Shown one piece after another: positions 51,374-64,000 of a stretch of DNA of 64,000 bases (position 1 is its first letter; each line of letters starts with the position of its first letter). Location of the stretch: assembly GCA_964016885.1 (NCBI GenBank), contig OZ024756.1:34782001-34846000 (forward strand), read 5' to 3'. The stretch comes from Eledone cirrhosa (lineage: Eukaryota). A program made the translations under genes and the position numbers. A model generated the notes under the pieces. That model had not been told where the DNA came from, ran no database searches, and saw nothing but the letters and a program-made list of their open reading frames with translations.

Positions 51374-53450
51374 TTTCGTGGTTGGTTGGTTGGTTACCAC
51401 AGAAAAAAAAACTATAGGCCACTTGTAGACAACAATACACAACACAGTCTGTCTACTTAGTCCCTTCTCTCTCTCCCACCCAACATCACCGTCTCCCCCT
51501 CTCTTTCTCTCATACCCCGCCACCGTACTATTGACATGTTCTAAATCTTTTGTATACGTGTATTCATAATAATCCTTATCTCGTTTAAAAGTTGGCGTTC
51601 TTTTCTTTTCTTTTTTTTTTTGTATTATTTTATGATTTTTCAATGATTATTTTTTAATAAATAAAAATCTTGATTTCTTTATTAGCCAGAAGGGCTTTTA
51701 ACTCAGAATACAATAAACGTAATAAATATAGGGGTTGCCTTACAGCGGGGCTGGGCATACAATGTTATATAAAAACAAGGGTAGGGACAATGTTGTTATA
51801 CAATAGACGGATACAATAACAGTTATCACAGGATGTAATATAGTACATGAGAAAATAACAAGAAAAATAACCCCAACCCCGGGGACTTACAAATGCATAC
51901 AGCATATAGAAAATAACATGACTAGGCATTGCATACATATTATGAAGGGTACTTTCAATACAATAGAAACAACACTGCATATACCCAAGGCGCATACAGC
52001 TGTGCTCGGTAATGCAGTGACGACACGCAATAAAAATAAGACTGATTATGGTGATAATGATACTACTACTACTACTAAAAATGATTATAAATGGATTTAT
52101 TTTTTATTTCTTCCTCTCTTAGTCTAGTTATGTGACATTTCTATGCGCTAAACTATTAGTCAATAAAACTATTATGATATGAGCGTTTATTCTGTTGCGT
52201 CCATTCTGGTGTTCCACTTTGATTTTGTCGATTATATCGACCTCAGTACTTCTTTTATCGATCTCTTTGTTGTTGAACCGTTACCGGATATATACAAACA
52301 TGGACATGAACATACAAGCATACGGCGGGCTCCCGAAGTTTCCATCTACTAAATTTCACTCGCAAGCCAAGGCTCTAGAAGACCCTAAGGTGACATGCAG
52401 TGTGACTGAACCCCGCGCCATGTGGTTGCAAAGCAAATTCTATAACTACCTATAGTATGTGTGGTGTGAGGAGGGGGGGGGGTGCATTTAATTAGAAAAT
52501 GGTTAGTTTATCAAAGCTCTTTCGTCACATTCTGTGACTTCCTCAATGACTGATTGTTTTCCTCTGTGGCTCCTTTTCTTTGTTTTTATTTTTTAAATTT
52601 TCTTTACTCCATCTTGTCTTTTCAACACACGACTTCACATCAAGAATTTTGCAAAACAAATACATGAAAGTGTGTGTGTGTGTGTAATCTGGATTTGTTG
52701 ATATGTATTTTATTTTTTCGATTTCCCAAATAAATAAATTAGTAGAAATTGAGGCGAGACTTGATGTAGGTTGACATTTTACTACATTGATATAGTTTTT
52801 GGCTGTCTTTCATAGGAAACTATCAATTATTCAGCATGAGTGCGAAAAGATGGACGAAACGCACACACAGACTTACATATATATATATATATATGATGTA
52901 TGTATATATATATAATACACACACACAAACCACACTTGGCATTTGATTAAATTTACAACATGAATAAACCCTAAGTTGTGTGTGTTGTATGTATACATAT
53001 TTCAGTATAAAGCTTTTTATTTATTTATTTTAACTCTTACTGGTATCGGTCATTAGACTCTGTGTCTTTATATTATTCAGCATATTTTCACTTCTTTCTT
53101 CCTTATATCTAAATTTGATCACTTTCAGTGGAGCCAGTTGTTGTTGAATATGCATCACTGATGAAATCCAACGAGAATGAAACATGGTCACTTTGCTTAT
53201 AGGCATAATCCTTGTTTACCCAAATTTGCATTAATTGATATTGTTTGAGTTATCTCCCTTCTTGCTGTTTTTGTTTCGTTTTCTGTACTTTGATCACTCT
53301 TAAAGGGAGCCTTGCCTTCAACATATGGGATAAAAGTACACAGTACCGTAGTAAAGAATAATATATATTCAAAGCTAAGTCTACATAAGTCCTTACACAT
53401 CAGAGTTTCTTGTTACTGGGCCTTGCATGTTCATTACATACACATGTATA

Positions 53451-53524
53451 CAGGGTGTCCCTAAAAAATATATTCACATATTAGGATGGTGTTAAAGTCT
53501 GTATACATTTTTTGGGACACCTTG
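53451..53524. mobile_element. Tc1/mariner-type MITE (74 bp), same family as 50415
   Basis: TA|CAGGGTGTCCCTAAAAAATATATTCAC...GTATACATTTTTTGGGACACCTTG|TA. Confidence 0.8.
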
Positions 53525-54135
53525 TATATATACAGACGTGTGTGTATGTCTTTGTATTATTAACATTGTTGTCTTTAATAACACATATCTAAAGGAAAAG
53601 CTGTTTCCCATATATAACAATATACATATATATGTGTGTGCAAGGTGAAGTGGGGGACTGAATGTAGATTAACTGGAATGTATTTCCTGTCCTATCTTCT
53701 GTTTGTAGTGACTACTGTGACAGTTTCAATCACTCCCCTCTCCTTTATACACCACCATTTGTGAAGTGATGTATGAAGTAAATTGTTTGTGTTGTTGACA
53801 ATTTTCAATGTTTCTCAGTGACTAACGCCTTTTTTTATTACACACCTACATACTAGTCTTTCTTAGACACACACACATACATATAGGGAGAAGGACTGTG
53901 GACTGTGTCGGTGACCAGGTACACACATACATATAGGGAGGACTGTCAGTGACCAGGTTACAAACAGAACAAGGAAAATTTTGACACCAAAAGAAAATAG
54001 CTGATAAATATTAAGTGAAGTTGACAGATTTTGGGGGTTGTTTTTGAATGGCTAAATTGACCTTTACATGATGGAATTGTTATAGTTTCAATAAACATAG
54101 CCTAAGATCAAGTCACTTGCCAGTCAAGTCAACTT

Positions 54136-54198
<63 letters not shown>

Positions 54199-54384
54199 GG
54201 TTATGTAAATCTGCATTTGGGAAGATATGTTGCACAGAAAGGATTGTTGTCCAGTGAATGAGAATTTTACCTTTCTCTCTACCAAAACACAGTCACCGTG
54301 CCTGCTATTAACTAAATGTGTGCACCCTGAACAGCTGATTGCAACTGCATTACTGCAATTGGGCAGATTCATTCAGTGAGCTAG

Positions 54385-54424
<40 letters not shown>

Positions 54425-54468
54425 ACGTGTGATTGACGGGTGTGAGAATGTGTAGTCAACACTGACTT

Positions 54469-54626
54469 AGTTTAAATATTCATTTATTAACATTTATTAT
54501 GGCTATGTGGTGAGCCTTGTTACTCTGGAGTTTCACCTGCTCACCCACAGGATCATCAGTGTGATCAAGTGAAATTCCAGAGTAACAAGGCTCACCTCTT
54601 AGCCATAATAAATGAATATTTAAACT
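54469..54626. mobile_element. Foldback element / MITE-like (~57-bp arms)
   Basis: AGTTTAAATATTCATTTATT[AACATTTATT]ATGGCTATGTGGTGAGCCTTGTTACTCTGGAGTTTCAC pairs with GTGAAATTCCAGAGTAACAAGGCTCACCTCTTAGCCATAATAAATGAATATTTAAACT. A partial relative lies at 55816-55851. Confidence 0.75.
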
Positions 54627-55642
54627 CTGTTTATGAGTATTTATTCTCACAGCTGTCAATAACACACTGATATAAACCCCCTGATATTTGTAGCAGGTAT
54701 AGCAGTCTTGACGCTCAGAGTGGCTAGGACGGTGGAGGAATTTTCGATTACATATTCATTATATATGTATATGCATGTGTGTGAAAAGTAAATGGAAGTT
54801 CAATGAAGATTTATATCAATTTCATGTATAATATAGTAGGAATAGTCTTAATGTTTCAAATGATAGTCCTTCATCAGAAAATGAGAAAGAAAGAGGAAAG
54901 TGAGCAGGAATGAAAAAGATTTCTTTGAGAAAAAAGTAGATCTGTTCATTTTGCCATCTATTGAAAAGAACTATATATATATATATGCTAGCAGGGGTGG
55001 GGTGGGGGAGTTAAATGGTGCTATATGTAATTCAGATGGCCCCTGTCCATTATGTAACCTGTTTTTGTAATATTCCCTTCATCTGGCACCTCATCAACTG
55101 GCAGAACTGTTAGGGCATCAATGAAAATTCCTTACGGTATTAACTTATGGCCCTATTTTCTGGGTTCAAATCCAGTCATACGAGGAAGACACAGTTGGTA
55201 AAATAAAAAGTATCTGTCAAGTACTGGTGTCAATTTAATCACTGTTCTCCCACTAAAATCATTGGCCTAGTAGCTAAAGTAGAAATAATTGTTTGTTTTA
55301 AGCCATATTCAAGAAATTCAGATGAGTTTATCTATATCTAAAGGACTTTCTTCATGTTGTCCTCACTTGATAGCAAATTAATCTCTTTGCCCACTGCTGT
55401 TTATTGGTGTTGATTGTTATTACCTGGCTGTCACACCTGTCACAGGTTAAAAAAGGCAATCCACCATCACCACCATCTGCTACTGTCATTGTTTCCTATC
55501 ATTGTACTATTGCTATTACTTAACATTGTCACTGACTGTCACAACACACACACACATATATGGACTCTCTCACTCACACACACATACATGAAATAATAGA
55601 AATTATTAACTCAACATTTTATATTGAGTATTTTTTCGTGTT

Positions 55643-55685
<43 letters not shown>

Positions 55686-55770
55686 CAAGGGCGGTGCTCC
55701 AGCATGGCCTCAGCCGGATGGCTGAAACAGATAAAAGAGTATATATATATATATATATACGCGCACACGC

Positions 55771-55816
<46 letters not shown>

Positions 55817-56125
55817 CCTGTGAGTGCACAGGTGAAATTCCAGAGTAACAATATATTCTTATATATTAATTAAAAAAATGGAGTAAAATAAAACTATTTC
55901 AGTCATTTCCCCTTGAATACCTCAAAACTATATTGTCTAAAAACTATAATTTGTAGAGTTTCATTTTCCAAAATTATATTCAGGTGTACAAATTGACAGT
56001 ATATTAAAAGTAAGCATTACAAGCAAAAAATGGATTTTAAAATAAAAATGTAATTTCACCTACAAATTTGTGCTTATACCAGGATTTCATTCTGGCAAAG
56101 AAATAGATATTAATTAAGATAATTA

Positions 56126-56195
<70 letters not shown>

Positions 56196-56304
56196 GTAAA
56201 GGTTCAATTGGATTGCGTTCCCAGGCGGTATGCCAAGATGAACACTCAATGCTATTGGGGAGCAGAGTATCAATAATAACATTTGGACATGAGTCTACAT
56301 GTGA

Positions 56305-56404
56305 GAATACAAATCTGAGGAGCTTTCGATTCCAGAGTCAGGAACGAATATTATTCGATCATTCCTTGAGCTGATCGGCAGTGAAACATATGTAACATGT
56401 AATT
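56305..56404 (+). ncRNA. Type I hammerhead ribozyme motif with extended stem II
   Basis: CTGAGGA at 56315, a ~61-nt self-complementary stem II, GAAA at 56383, palindromic ACATATGT stem III, and a GTA cleavage triplet. Stem I is partial (TACAAAT / ACATGTA). Confidence 0.7.
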
Positions 56405-57557
56405 AAATATGTATATGATGCAATACTGATTCTTTGTTCCCTATTTTTTTATCATATATCTATCTATCTCTATTTAGGGCGGGTAAAATTCCCAAGATAA
56501 ATATATATATATATATAGTATAAGCAAAAAATGATCATAGAAAAAGTTCCATATAATGAATAAACAACTGCATCTTTAGACTTCAGGGATCTTCTGGCAT
56601 GCAATCTCATGCAATTACTCAAGTTATATGATAGAGTTTGAATTATAACATGGATATGTGAAGTTTGAAGTTTGCTGTTGTATCCACTAGCTATCTATCC
56701 CATTGTTGATATGATCCACTTCACAGTGATGTAAACATTAATTATATTGTGCTACTAAATTGTGATCTGACAGTGAGCCAGATAAACACAACCTTTCTCT
56801 ATGGCCGTCAATTAATGTGTCTTAACCATGTTATTACAACTTGGTGTGGAGGAAATGAGTGTTTTTATTCTCTTAATCATTAGAATACAATACAACTTAT
56901 AGTTGTGGCCGTTGTTGTTTAGGCCTGGTGGTGGTGGTGGTGGTTGTTTAGGCCTGGGTCAGCTCTGGAGTAGTGGTAGTGGTGGTTGTTGTGGTGGTTT
57001 AGGCCTGGGTCAGCTCTGGCATAGTGTTCCTGCCATGACAATCCTGTTTTTTTATTAGAAACAAGGTATTTAGGGCAAAGCTGTGGCAAAACATTTTACT
57101 ATGTCACAACACTTTAGTCTGTCACCACAAAATCAAATCGGATCAATATTTAACTGTGTTGTATATATGTTTCAGATCTCCTGACAACTATGTGTATACT
57201 ATTTGGTGTGTGTGTGTTATGAGATCTGACAATTAGACATGTGAAAGGTGACGTGATAGGATATTCAGTTGTAATTAATTTTGTCATCAACAATATTTTT
57301 ATTAATGTGTCACGATAATTAATATTTTTGAAAAGTGTGTTCCCAATGAGAACTGTTAGCAGTACACTGATCTCTGATTATATTATCTAAAGTATCCTTT
57401 ATTTTTTTTATTTTTAAAGACTTTTGCTGTTATTTTTATTAGGTCAAGCAACCAAACTGATGAGGGGTTCCCAAACAGGGGATCCACAAAAGTAGTACAG
57501 AGGCTCGGGAGAGGAAGGTATGGAGTGATCAGAGTTAGAAATTCCAAATACTTCATT

Positions 57558-57935
57558 ATGCACCCAGTCCACTCTGTATGGTGGTCGTGCTGGTGACATG
57601 ACAAAAGAACACCCAGTCCACTTTGTACATGGTTGTACTGGTGACACGACAAAAAAAAAGCACCAAAATTCATTCTAAGGTGGTCTTGCTGGTGACGCAA
57701 CAAAAAGAACACCCAGTCCACCCACCCTGTGAGATGGTTGTTTTGGTGCCACGATAAAAAGCATAAGTCCACACTGTACGTGGTTGATGTTAGGTAGGGC
57801 ATCCAGGTTTAGAAACAAAGCCAAAATACAGATCCATATTAGCAAAATGTGGGTCTCCTGATCTGACTTGTCTCATGATGCAACAATCCATTTAACCCAT
57901 GCAAGTGTAGTAAAATGAACGTTAAATGATGATAC
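57558..57935 (+). mobile_element. RTE LINE 3' UTR fragment with ~5 tandem tail units
   Basis: Repeats of CACCCAGTCCACTCTGT..GGTGGTCGTGCTGGTGAC..GACAAAA, then GTTAGGTAGGGCATCCAG...AACCCATGCAAG...AACGTTAAATGATGAT. Confidence 0.8.
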
Positions 57936-58769
57936 ACACAGTATTGGGTATCCATTGTTCTCTGAGTATAAATATTTCACTCTTTCAGTTGTAATTCACA
58001 CTGCATAACAATTTAAAGTGCTTTGTTATAAACCATAATATACACACGCACTATTGGGTATCCATTCCTCTTTGAGTATAAACATTTCACTCTTTCAATT
58101 GTCATTAGAGTTATATAACAATCTGGGAGAGAAGTAGATGTAGTAGATAGTCTGTGGAAAATTCAATTAACTCTATTGATACAAACCTGCCTAGAACTAC
58201 GTCTGATTATATGAAACTCCAAAAAAACTACCAGCTTTAAAGAGATGTTTTAAAAATTAAAATGTCGACATAATTCTCCATCTTAATGAAATAATTACTA
58301 TACTTTGTGAATCATTCAATACATGGTATTTCTTTAGAAATATGGTCGCAAAATGGTTAAATAAAAGGGGACTTTGGTGGGGAAAAGGTTGAGAACCACT
58401 AGTGTATAAGAGGGTCCTTCGTTATTGCATTAGAAAATCCTTTGTTTTGATTGAAAACTTGTTTTCGTGTCTCTGCTATGGCATATGTTTCCTCTGTTCA
58501 TATCTCCCAAAGGAATTACGGAGAATTGAACTTCTATCTCTAGTATCACTATCCCCTCACCCTGCTATCACCACCATCCAGCTATCATCTTTGATGTTAT
58601 TTTCATCCTCTTCTCTTTCATTTCTTCTTTTTCAAACCGTTTCGCTATATATTTAGACACTAACTTCCTCTCATTTTATTTCAATCTTGGAGATATAATA
58701 ATTTCACTTGTAAGGTTTCCTATCTGGCTGTATATATGTCATCTCTCAACCTGCATCTCTTTAAAACTG

Positions 58770-58810
<41 letters not shown>

Positions 58811-59254
58811 AACATACACATACACGAGTGTGTGTCTGTGTAGGTTAGGAGTATGTTAGTTTAGAATCTGTCTGAGCTCCTGTTTGGTTTACTTTTCTCT
58901 CATCCCACCATCTTGAAAGCATTTATTTAAGTCATATTAGACTTTAGGTTAATGTTCTTAAAGTGTTTTATGTTGGTAAGCACTGTAATGTGTAGTAGTA
59001 GCTTTATGTGGCCTAGTGGTTAGAGCTTTGGACTCTCAACCATTCACTTAAGGTTGGCTCAGACACACCTGTCTGGCTGGTTGGCTCAGACACACCTGTC
59101 TGGCTAACTTATAATAATACTAAAGTGAGCTAAGTGAAGCAGAAAGGGAGACAGGTGTTTAAAATATTTAAAATGTTTAAAATATTAATTATCAGTTGAA
59201 GGAATTAAGTTTATTTACACTTTATTTTTATTATAGATATCTAATGTGTGTGTA

Positions 59255-59482
59255 TCTATACATATATACATACACATATGAGAGATACATATATACATAC
59301 ACATATATACATACACATATGAGAGATACATATATACATACACATATATACATACACATATGAGAGATACATATATACATACACATATATACATACACAT
59401 ATGAGAGATACATATATACATACACATATGAGAGATACATATATACATACACATATATACATACACATATGAGAGATACACA
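59255..59482. repeat. 42-bp microsatellite-derived tandem repeat
   Basis: ATATGAGAGATACATATATACATACACATATATACATACAC-type unit, about 5-6 copies. Confidence 0.85.
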
Positions 59483-59741
59483 TAATGTATGTGTTGCTTC
59501 ATATTAATGAAAGCCATATGTGAGGGATTAAGATGTTTTTGTTTTGTCTTTTTAATCTCTTTGTATTGTTTAATCATAATCTGTAGAAGGGGAAATGTTT
59601 GTGTGTTGTTATTTCTTTCTATTCTTTAAACAAAGAAACATTATTCACAGTTGAAAATGGCCAACTATAATGATATATGATAAATAAATAAATACATACA
59701 TACATACACACATACACACACACATACATATACATATAAAT

Positions 59742-59816
<75 letters not shown>

Positions 59817-60247
59817 TATAAATATACATACATACACACGTGCATGTATGCAAACACACAAATTGTGACTGTATGTACAGTTCTATGCCAGTCCTTCTAT
59901 AGTTCTATACATGGTTCCTTGCTGTGGTGTGACTGTATGTAGAGTTATGACAGTCCTTCTACGAATGAGAGGAAGAAACCATTAGCTAATTAATTAGAAT
60001 CATTCATTAAGAACAACTTGCACTAAATGAACTTTCTCTTAGTGAATAACAAAAACAAAAAGTTACACTTAACCAACTCTGGAACCATTTTAGTGGTTGA
60101 CGGTTTTTTTCTTTTACAAACAATTAGCCTTTACTTATTATTATTACTATTATTATTAATGTTGTCTCGGTCTCAAGTGTTAACTATACATACTGCTTGT
60201 TGTTGTTTTCTTTTGAATTTGGCAAAGTTCTCTGCTGCCAAGAGATA

Positions 60248-60281
<34 letters not shown>

Positions 60282-60296
60282 AAATCAAATGATTAA

Positions 60297-60482
60297 CCCT
60301 TTAGCATTTACATTACTTTATATTTTCATGGTAAACACTTTATCTCACATAATATTGAATCTATGAGATTTTGATATTATTTATTTTGAGAACTATGCCT
60401 TAATATCAGTATGAGTGGCCGGTTACAGCAGGTTTGAACAGAAAGAGGTGAGAGAATTATGGCCGGTTTAAATGCTAAAGGG
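60297..60482. mobile_element. piggyBac-type MITE (186 bp)
   Basis: TTAA|CCCTTTAGCATTTA...TAAATGCTAAAGGG|TTAA: perfect 14-bp TIRs, CCC/GGG ends and TTAA target duplication. Confidence 0.88.
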
Positions 60483-61221
60483 TTAAAGTCTTTATAGTTA
60501 TCTAAAAATATTCCATCATAATTTTATGTAAGAACTTTTAAGTTATGTTCCAAACGCCAATTACTAAATTGCTTCAAATTATTGATTATTTTCAGAATTA
60601 TTTGAAAAACATTGGTAGTATCTTTCATTAGAAATATAGTTCTGAAATGGTTAAACTTCACTATTGTTACCATTTTCAAAATTGCCATCACCTGATCCTG
60701 ATGGGTGACATGAGCATGACTTTTTAACCTTGCCAAGGACTTACATTCCATTCTGTATATGCTGCAGCAAAAAGATTTTTTATGCCAAGCCCAGCGAAGC
60801 TCAAGCTTCACACATGAAAGATATTTAGATCAAATGATGTCTGTGCTTGAAGCTTTTTTAAGTGAAGAAAGCCCTTGAACTGGACCAATCCCATGCATAC
60901 ATACATGGATGTATGTGTGTGTGTGTGTGTGTATATATTCATTATCATTTAACATCTGGACTTGTTGGCACTGTATAAGACTAGATAGATCAGAGGGGGA
61001 TCTTGCTCATACAGTCCATCTTTGGCATGGTTTCAACAGCTGGATGTCCTTCCTAATGCCAACTACTTTACAGGTTGTACTGGGTGCATGTTATCATGGC
61101 ATCACCACTTAATATATACTGTGTATATACACATACACCCTTACATTAATTGTTAAAATCTATGCTTCTGACAGAGAAGAAATACTGTAAAGGTGAAAAA
61201 TAAATAAACCATAAATAGAAT

Positions 61222-61289
<68 letters not shown>

Positions 61290-61382
61290 CCAGAGCTTAG
61301 CTGATTAATGTCATGGTAGACATTGTGGAGAAGGGGAAGATTCCATGGTAGACATATAGCAGAACTGAATTATTTCAACACA

Positions 61383-61437
<55 letters not shown>

Positions 61438-61977
61438 CTGGAGACAGTGGAGACACAGCTACATAACAATCTAGTCAGCTGTAAAATCAGATCTCAGTTG
61501 TAATTCCTGGTGAAGTGGATGGTCAGGAGTTCTGAAATGCACTGATGTATAAATAAGACATCTGCCACTGGAACACATGAGAGACAGAATTCTACTACAA
61601 CTACAACCAACACCACTGCCCATACTACTACTGCTACTACCACCAATGCCACTACTAATTAATTCATTTGTAAATCCACAGCAAGACACAACCCCTATAT
61701 GTCACCTCCTTCTACACAACAGCTATCTACCACCTCTGACACTACACCTTTATGTCAGCTCCCACAACCCTCACCCAGTACAACAGCTATCTGCCACCCT
61801 GCCACAACAGTTATCTGCACCCTCTCACCCACCCACCACAACAGGTATCTGTCACCCCTTATTACCCATTCATCACCATCTTTACTGTCTGGTATCTGTG
61901 GTGTGTATGATTGTAGCTTTTTACACCTTCATCAACCTCTCACCCCCGACCTTTTTCTGCTAGCATCATCTATATAT

Positions 61978-62064
<87 letters not shown>

Positions 62065-62384
62065 AAGAGTGTATATGCCTGTATGTATGTCTGTGCGTTT
62101 ATGTGTAGGTTTGTATATATCTGTCTGAATGTGTTTGTGTGTCATTTGGTTCCAGTTGAAATCAATAGAGCCATCATGTAATAGTATAATGAAACAGTGG
62201 AAGTGTGTATGTAATGTGAGCCCACCTGGTGTAACTATATCTTCTGGTGTGAGATGGTAACCTGTTGTTTCTAACTGTTGTTATGAAGTGGTGTGAGGTA
62301 AGAGCGGTAGAGAAGGGGTAATGGTGGGGTGGGGATATTAGTAGAGTTGGTGTTGGTGATGAGAGATTTAGTAATATAACCAAC

Positions 62385-62548
62385 TCTCGTTAAGCTGATG
62401 TTTGTAACATAACAAAGGTTCTTACATAGAATTATGATAGTAGATTTTTAGATGAATATAAACACTTTGAAACAGTTTTCTATCTATCGTAGATACTAGG
62501 CGGTGGTGGTGTGTGTTGTTTCAAGCTGTTTGGTATCAAAAGGGTTAA
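62385..62548 (-). mobile_element. Fragment of another piggyBac-type MITE family
   Basis: Ends GGTATCAAAAGGG|TTAA. Its reverse complement resembles 60490-60560 (ATCTAAAAAT...ATCATAATT(T/C)TATGTAAGAAC), and similar GGTTAA ends occur near 58340 and 60654. Confidence 0.5.
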
Positions 62549-63089
62549 ATATATGGCGATGTATTTGTGTTACAAGGTTTCTTTTATATGAAAACCGTGT
62601 ACTGAAACAAATATTGTTATATTTGGGGAGAGTGACTTCTATTGCTAATGAAATATAGTAAATATAGTTTCTTAGAACTATTTAGAAAAGTCTTGATGGA
62701 TCCAACACCAATTAGAGTTAAAATACTTTAATAATCTGCACCACACCACACCAAATACCTACCACAGAACATCAACTACACCACACCAAATACCTACCAC
62801 AGCACATCACACCACACCAAACACCTACCACACAACACCATACCACACCAAACACCTACCACACAACATCACACCACACCACACCAAACACCTTCAACAC
62901 AACACAGTTCTCTGTCCAAATTTTCTGTGTGTATATACAACCATAGTGCTGTAAAAGTGATTGAAAGGGTTGGTGTCAAGGAGGTCTGGCTGTAAAACTT
63001 TACTTTAATAAGGACCCTGTATCATGTGGCCCACAAAGGTAACCCCAACTTTTGAAGGGCTAATGTAATGGCCTTAAAATGCTTATTAC

Positions 63090-63124
<35 letters not shown>

Positions 63125-63618
63125 TATACATACATACACATTATTTATTTTAAACTCTTTATCTTCTCATCAATTCTCATTTTGAATCAAAATAAACTCT
63201 GTTTACTTTGTCAGATTTCCAAAATCAATATAATACAATAGTAAAATCAATAAATTTACTATGGGAGCAAAGGTCATGCTGGGATCTGTTAGACAACCTT
63301 TCTTCCCCACCAACCTCCAATCATTAGCAATAGAAGTGACCCCAGTGTCTGTTAAAACACCCAACACATTTCACTGCCACCACCACAACCAATACCATTC
63401 ACAACACCAATACTACCCACCATGACTAACATTACCACCACCAACATCACTCACTATTACAACTGTCACCTATACCACACCATTACCGCCACTTCCCACT
63501 ACAAACCATTCACCACCACCATTCCTACTGGCAGGTACTCGATTTTTGAGGTAGTAGTGGTATGGTATGGTGTGGTGGTTGGGGTTGCTACCTTCACACA
63601 CAGCAAAGCTTGCTGACA

Positions 63619-63667
<49 letters not shown>

Positions 63668-63914
63668 ATTTATTTATTTATGTATGTGTGTGTGTGTGTA
63701 TATATATATATCAGTTGTGTCTCTATCTATATGTATGTATATATATGTCAGTTGTGTCTGTCTAGGAACTATAGTCCACACACCCGTGAAAGACCAAGTG
63801 ATATATGTTTTCACTAAGAGATTGAACGATATTTGAACAGATAAAAGAAATGGGTGTGAAATGACTTCTCTAATGTGCATTCCAATCACACAATGAATTG
63901 TGCATTAGGTAGAG

Positions 63915-63964
<50 letters not shown>

Positions 63965-64000
63965 AACACACACACACACACACATTTATGTATGTGTATA

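Noticed and set aside
63547-63557. let-7-like TGAGGTAGTAG
   Set aside because: Only 11 nt match, within GTA/GTG low complexity; the rest of the mature sequence is absent.

Overview
This is AT-rich, microsatellite-saturated eukaryotic DNA, not prokaryotic: I see no operons, rRNA, true tRNA or CRISPR array. The repeat content (tRNA-headed CORE-SINEs with RTE-LINE tails ending in (GAT)n, plus two other SINE families) suggests a coleoid cephalopod, probably an octopus; this is inferred from repeat recognition only. Almost all entries in the ORF track are microsatellite artefacts. Supported elements: a decayed Helitron (2.35-4.44 kb); a full-length but inactivated mariner with TIRs (8.39-9.74 kb); two head-to-tail RTE-clade LINEs (19.9-24.4 kb) whose reverse transcriptase contains an internal C4HC3 PHD-type finger; two RTE endonuclease fragments; many SINEs; Tc1/mariner- and piggyBac-type MITEs; several minisatellites; and the probable 3' end of an unidentified host gene (10.27-11.4 kb). 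The most notable observations are four. (1) A type I hammerhead ribozyme with an unusually long stem II at about 56.3 kb, plus three degenerate hammerhead-like cores in dispersed repeats. (2) Recurrent inverted duplications of unique DNA centred on (TA)n/(CAT)n tracts. (3) A sequence block shared by the LINE 5' and 3' UTRs. (4) Complementary deletion and truncation in the tandem LINE pair. I cannot establish a new biological system from the sequence alone. Coordinates were read by eye and may be off by a few bases.
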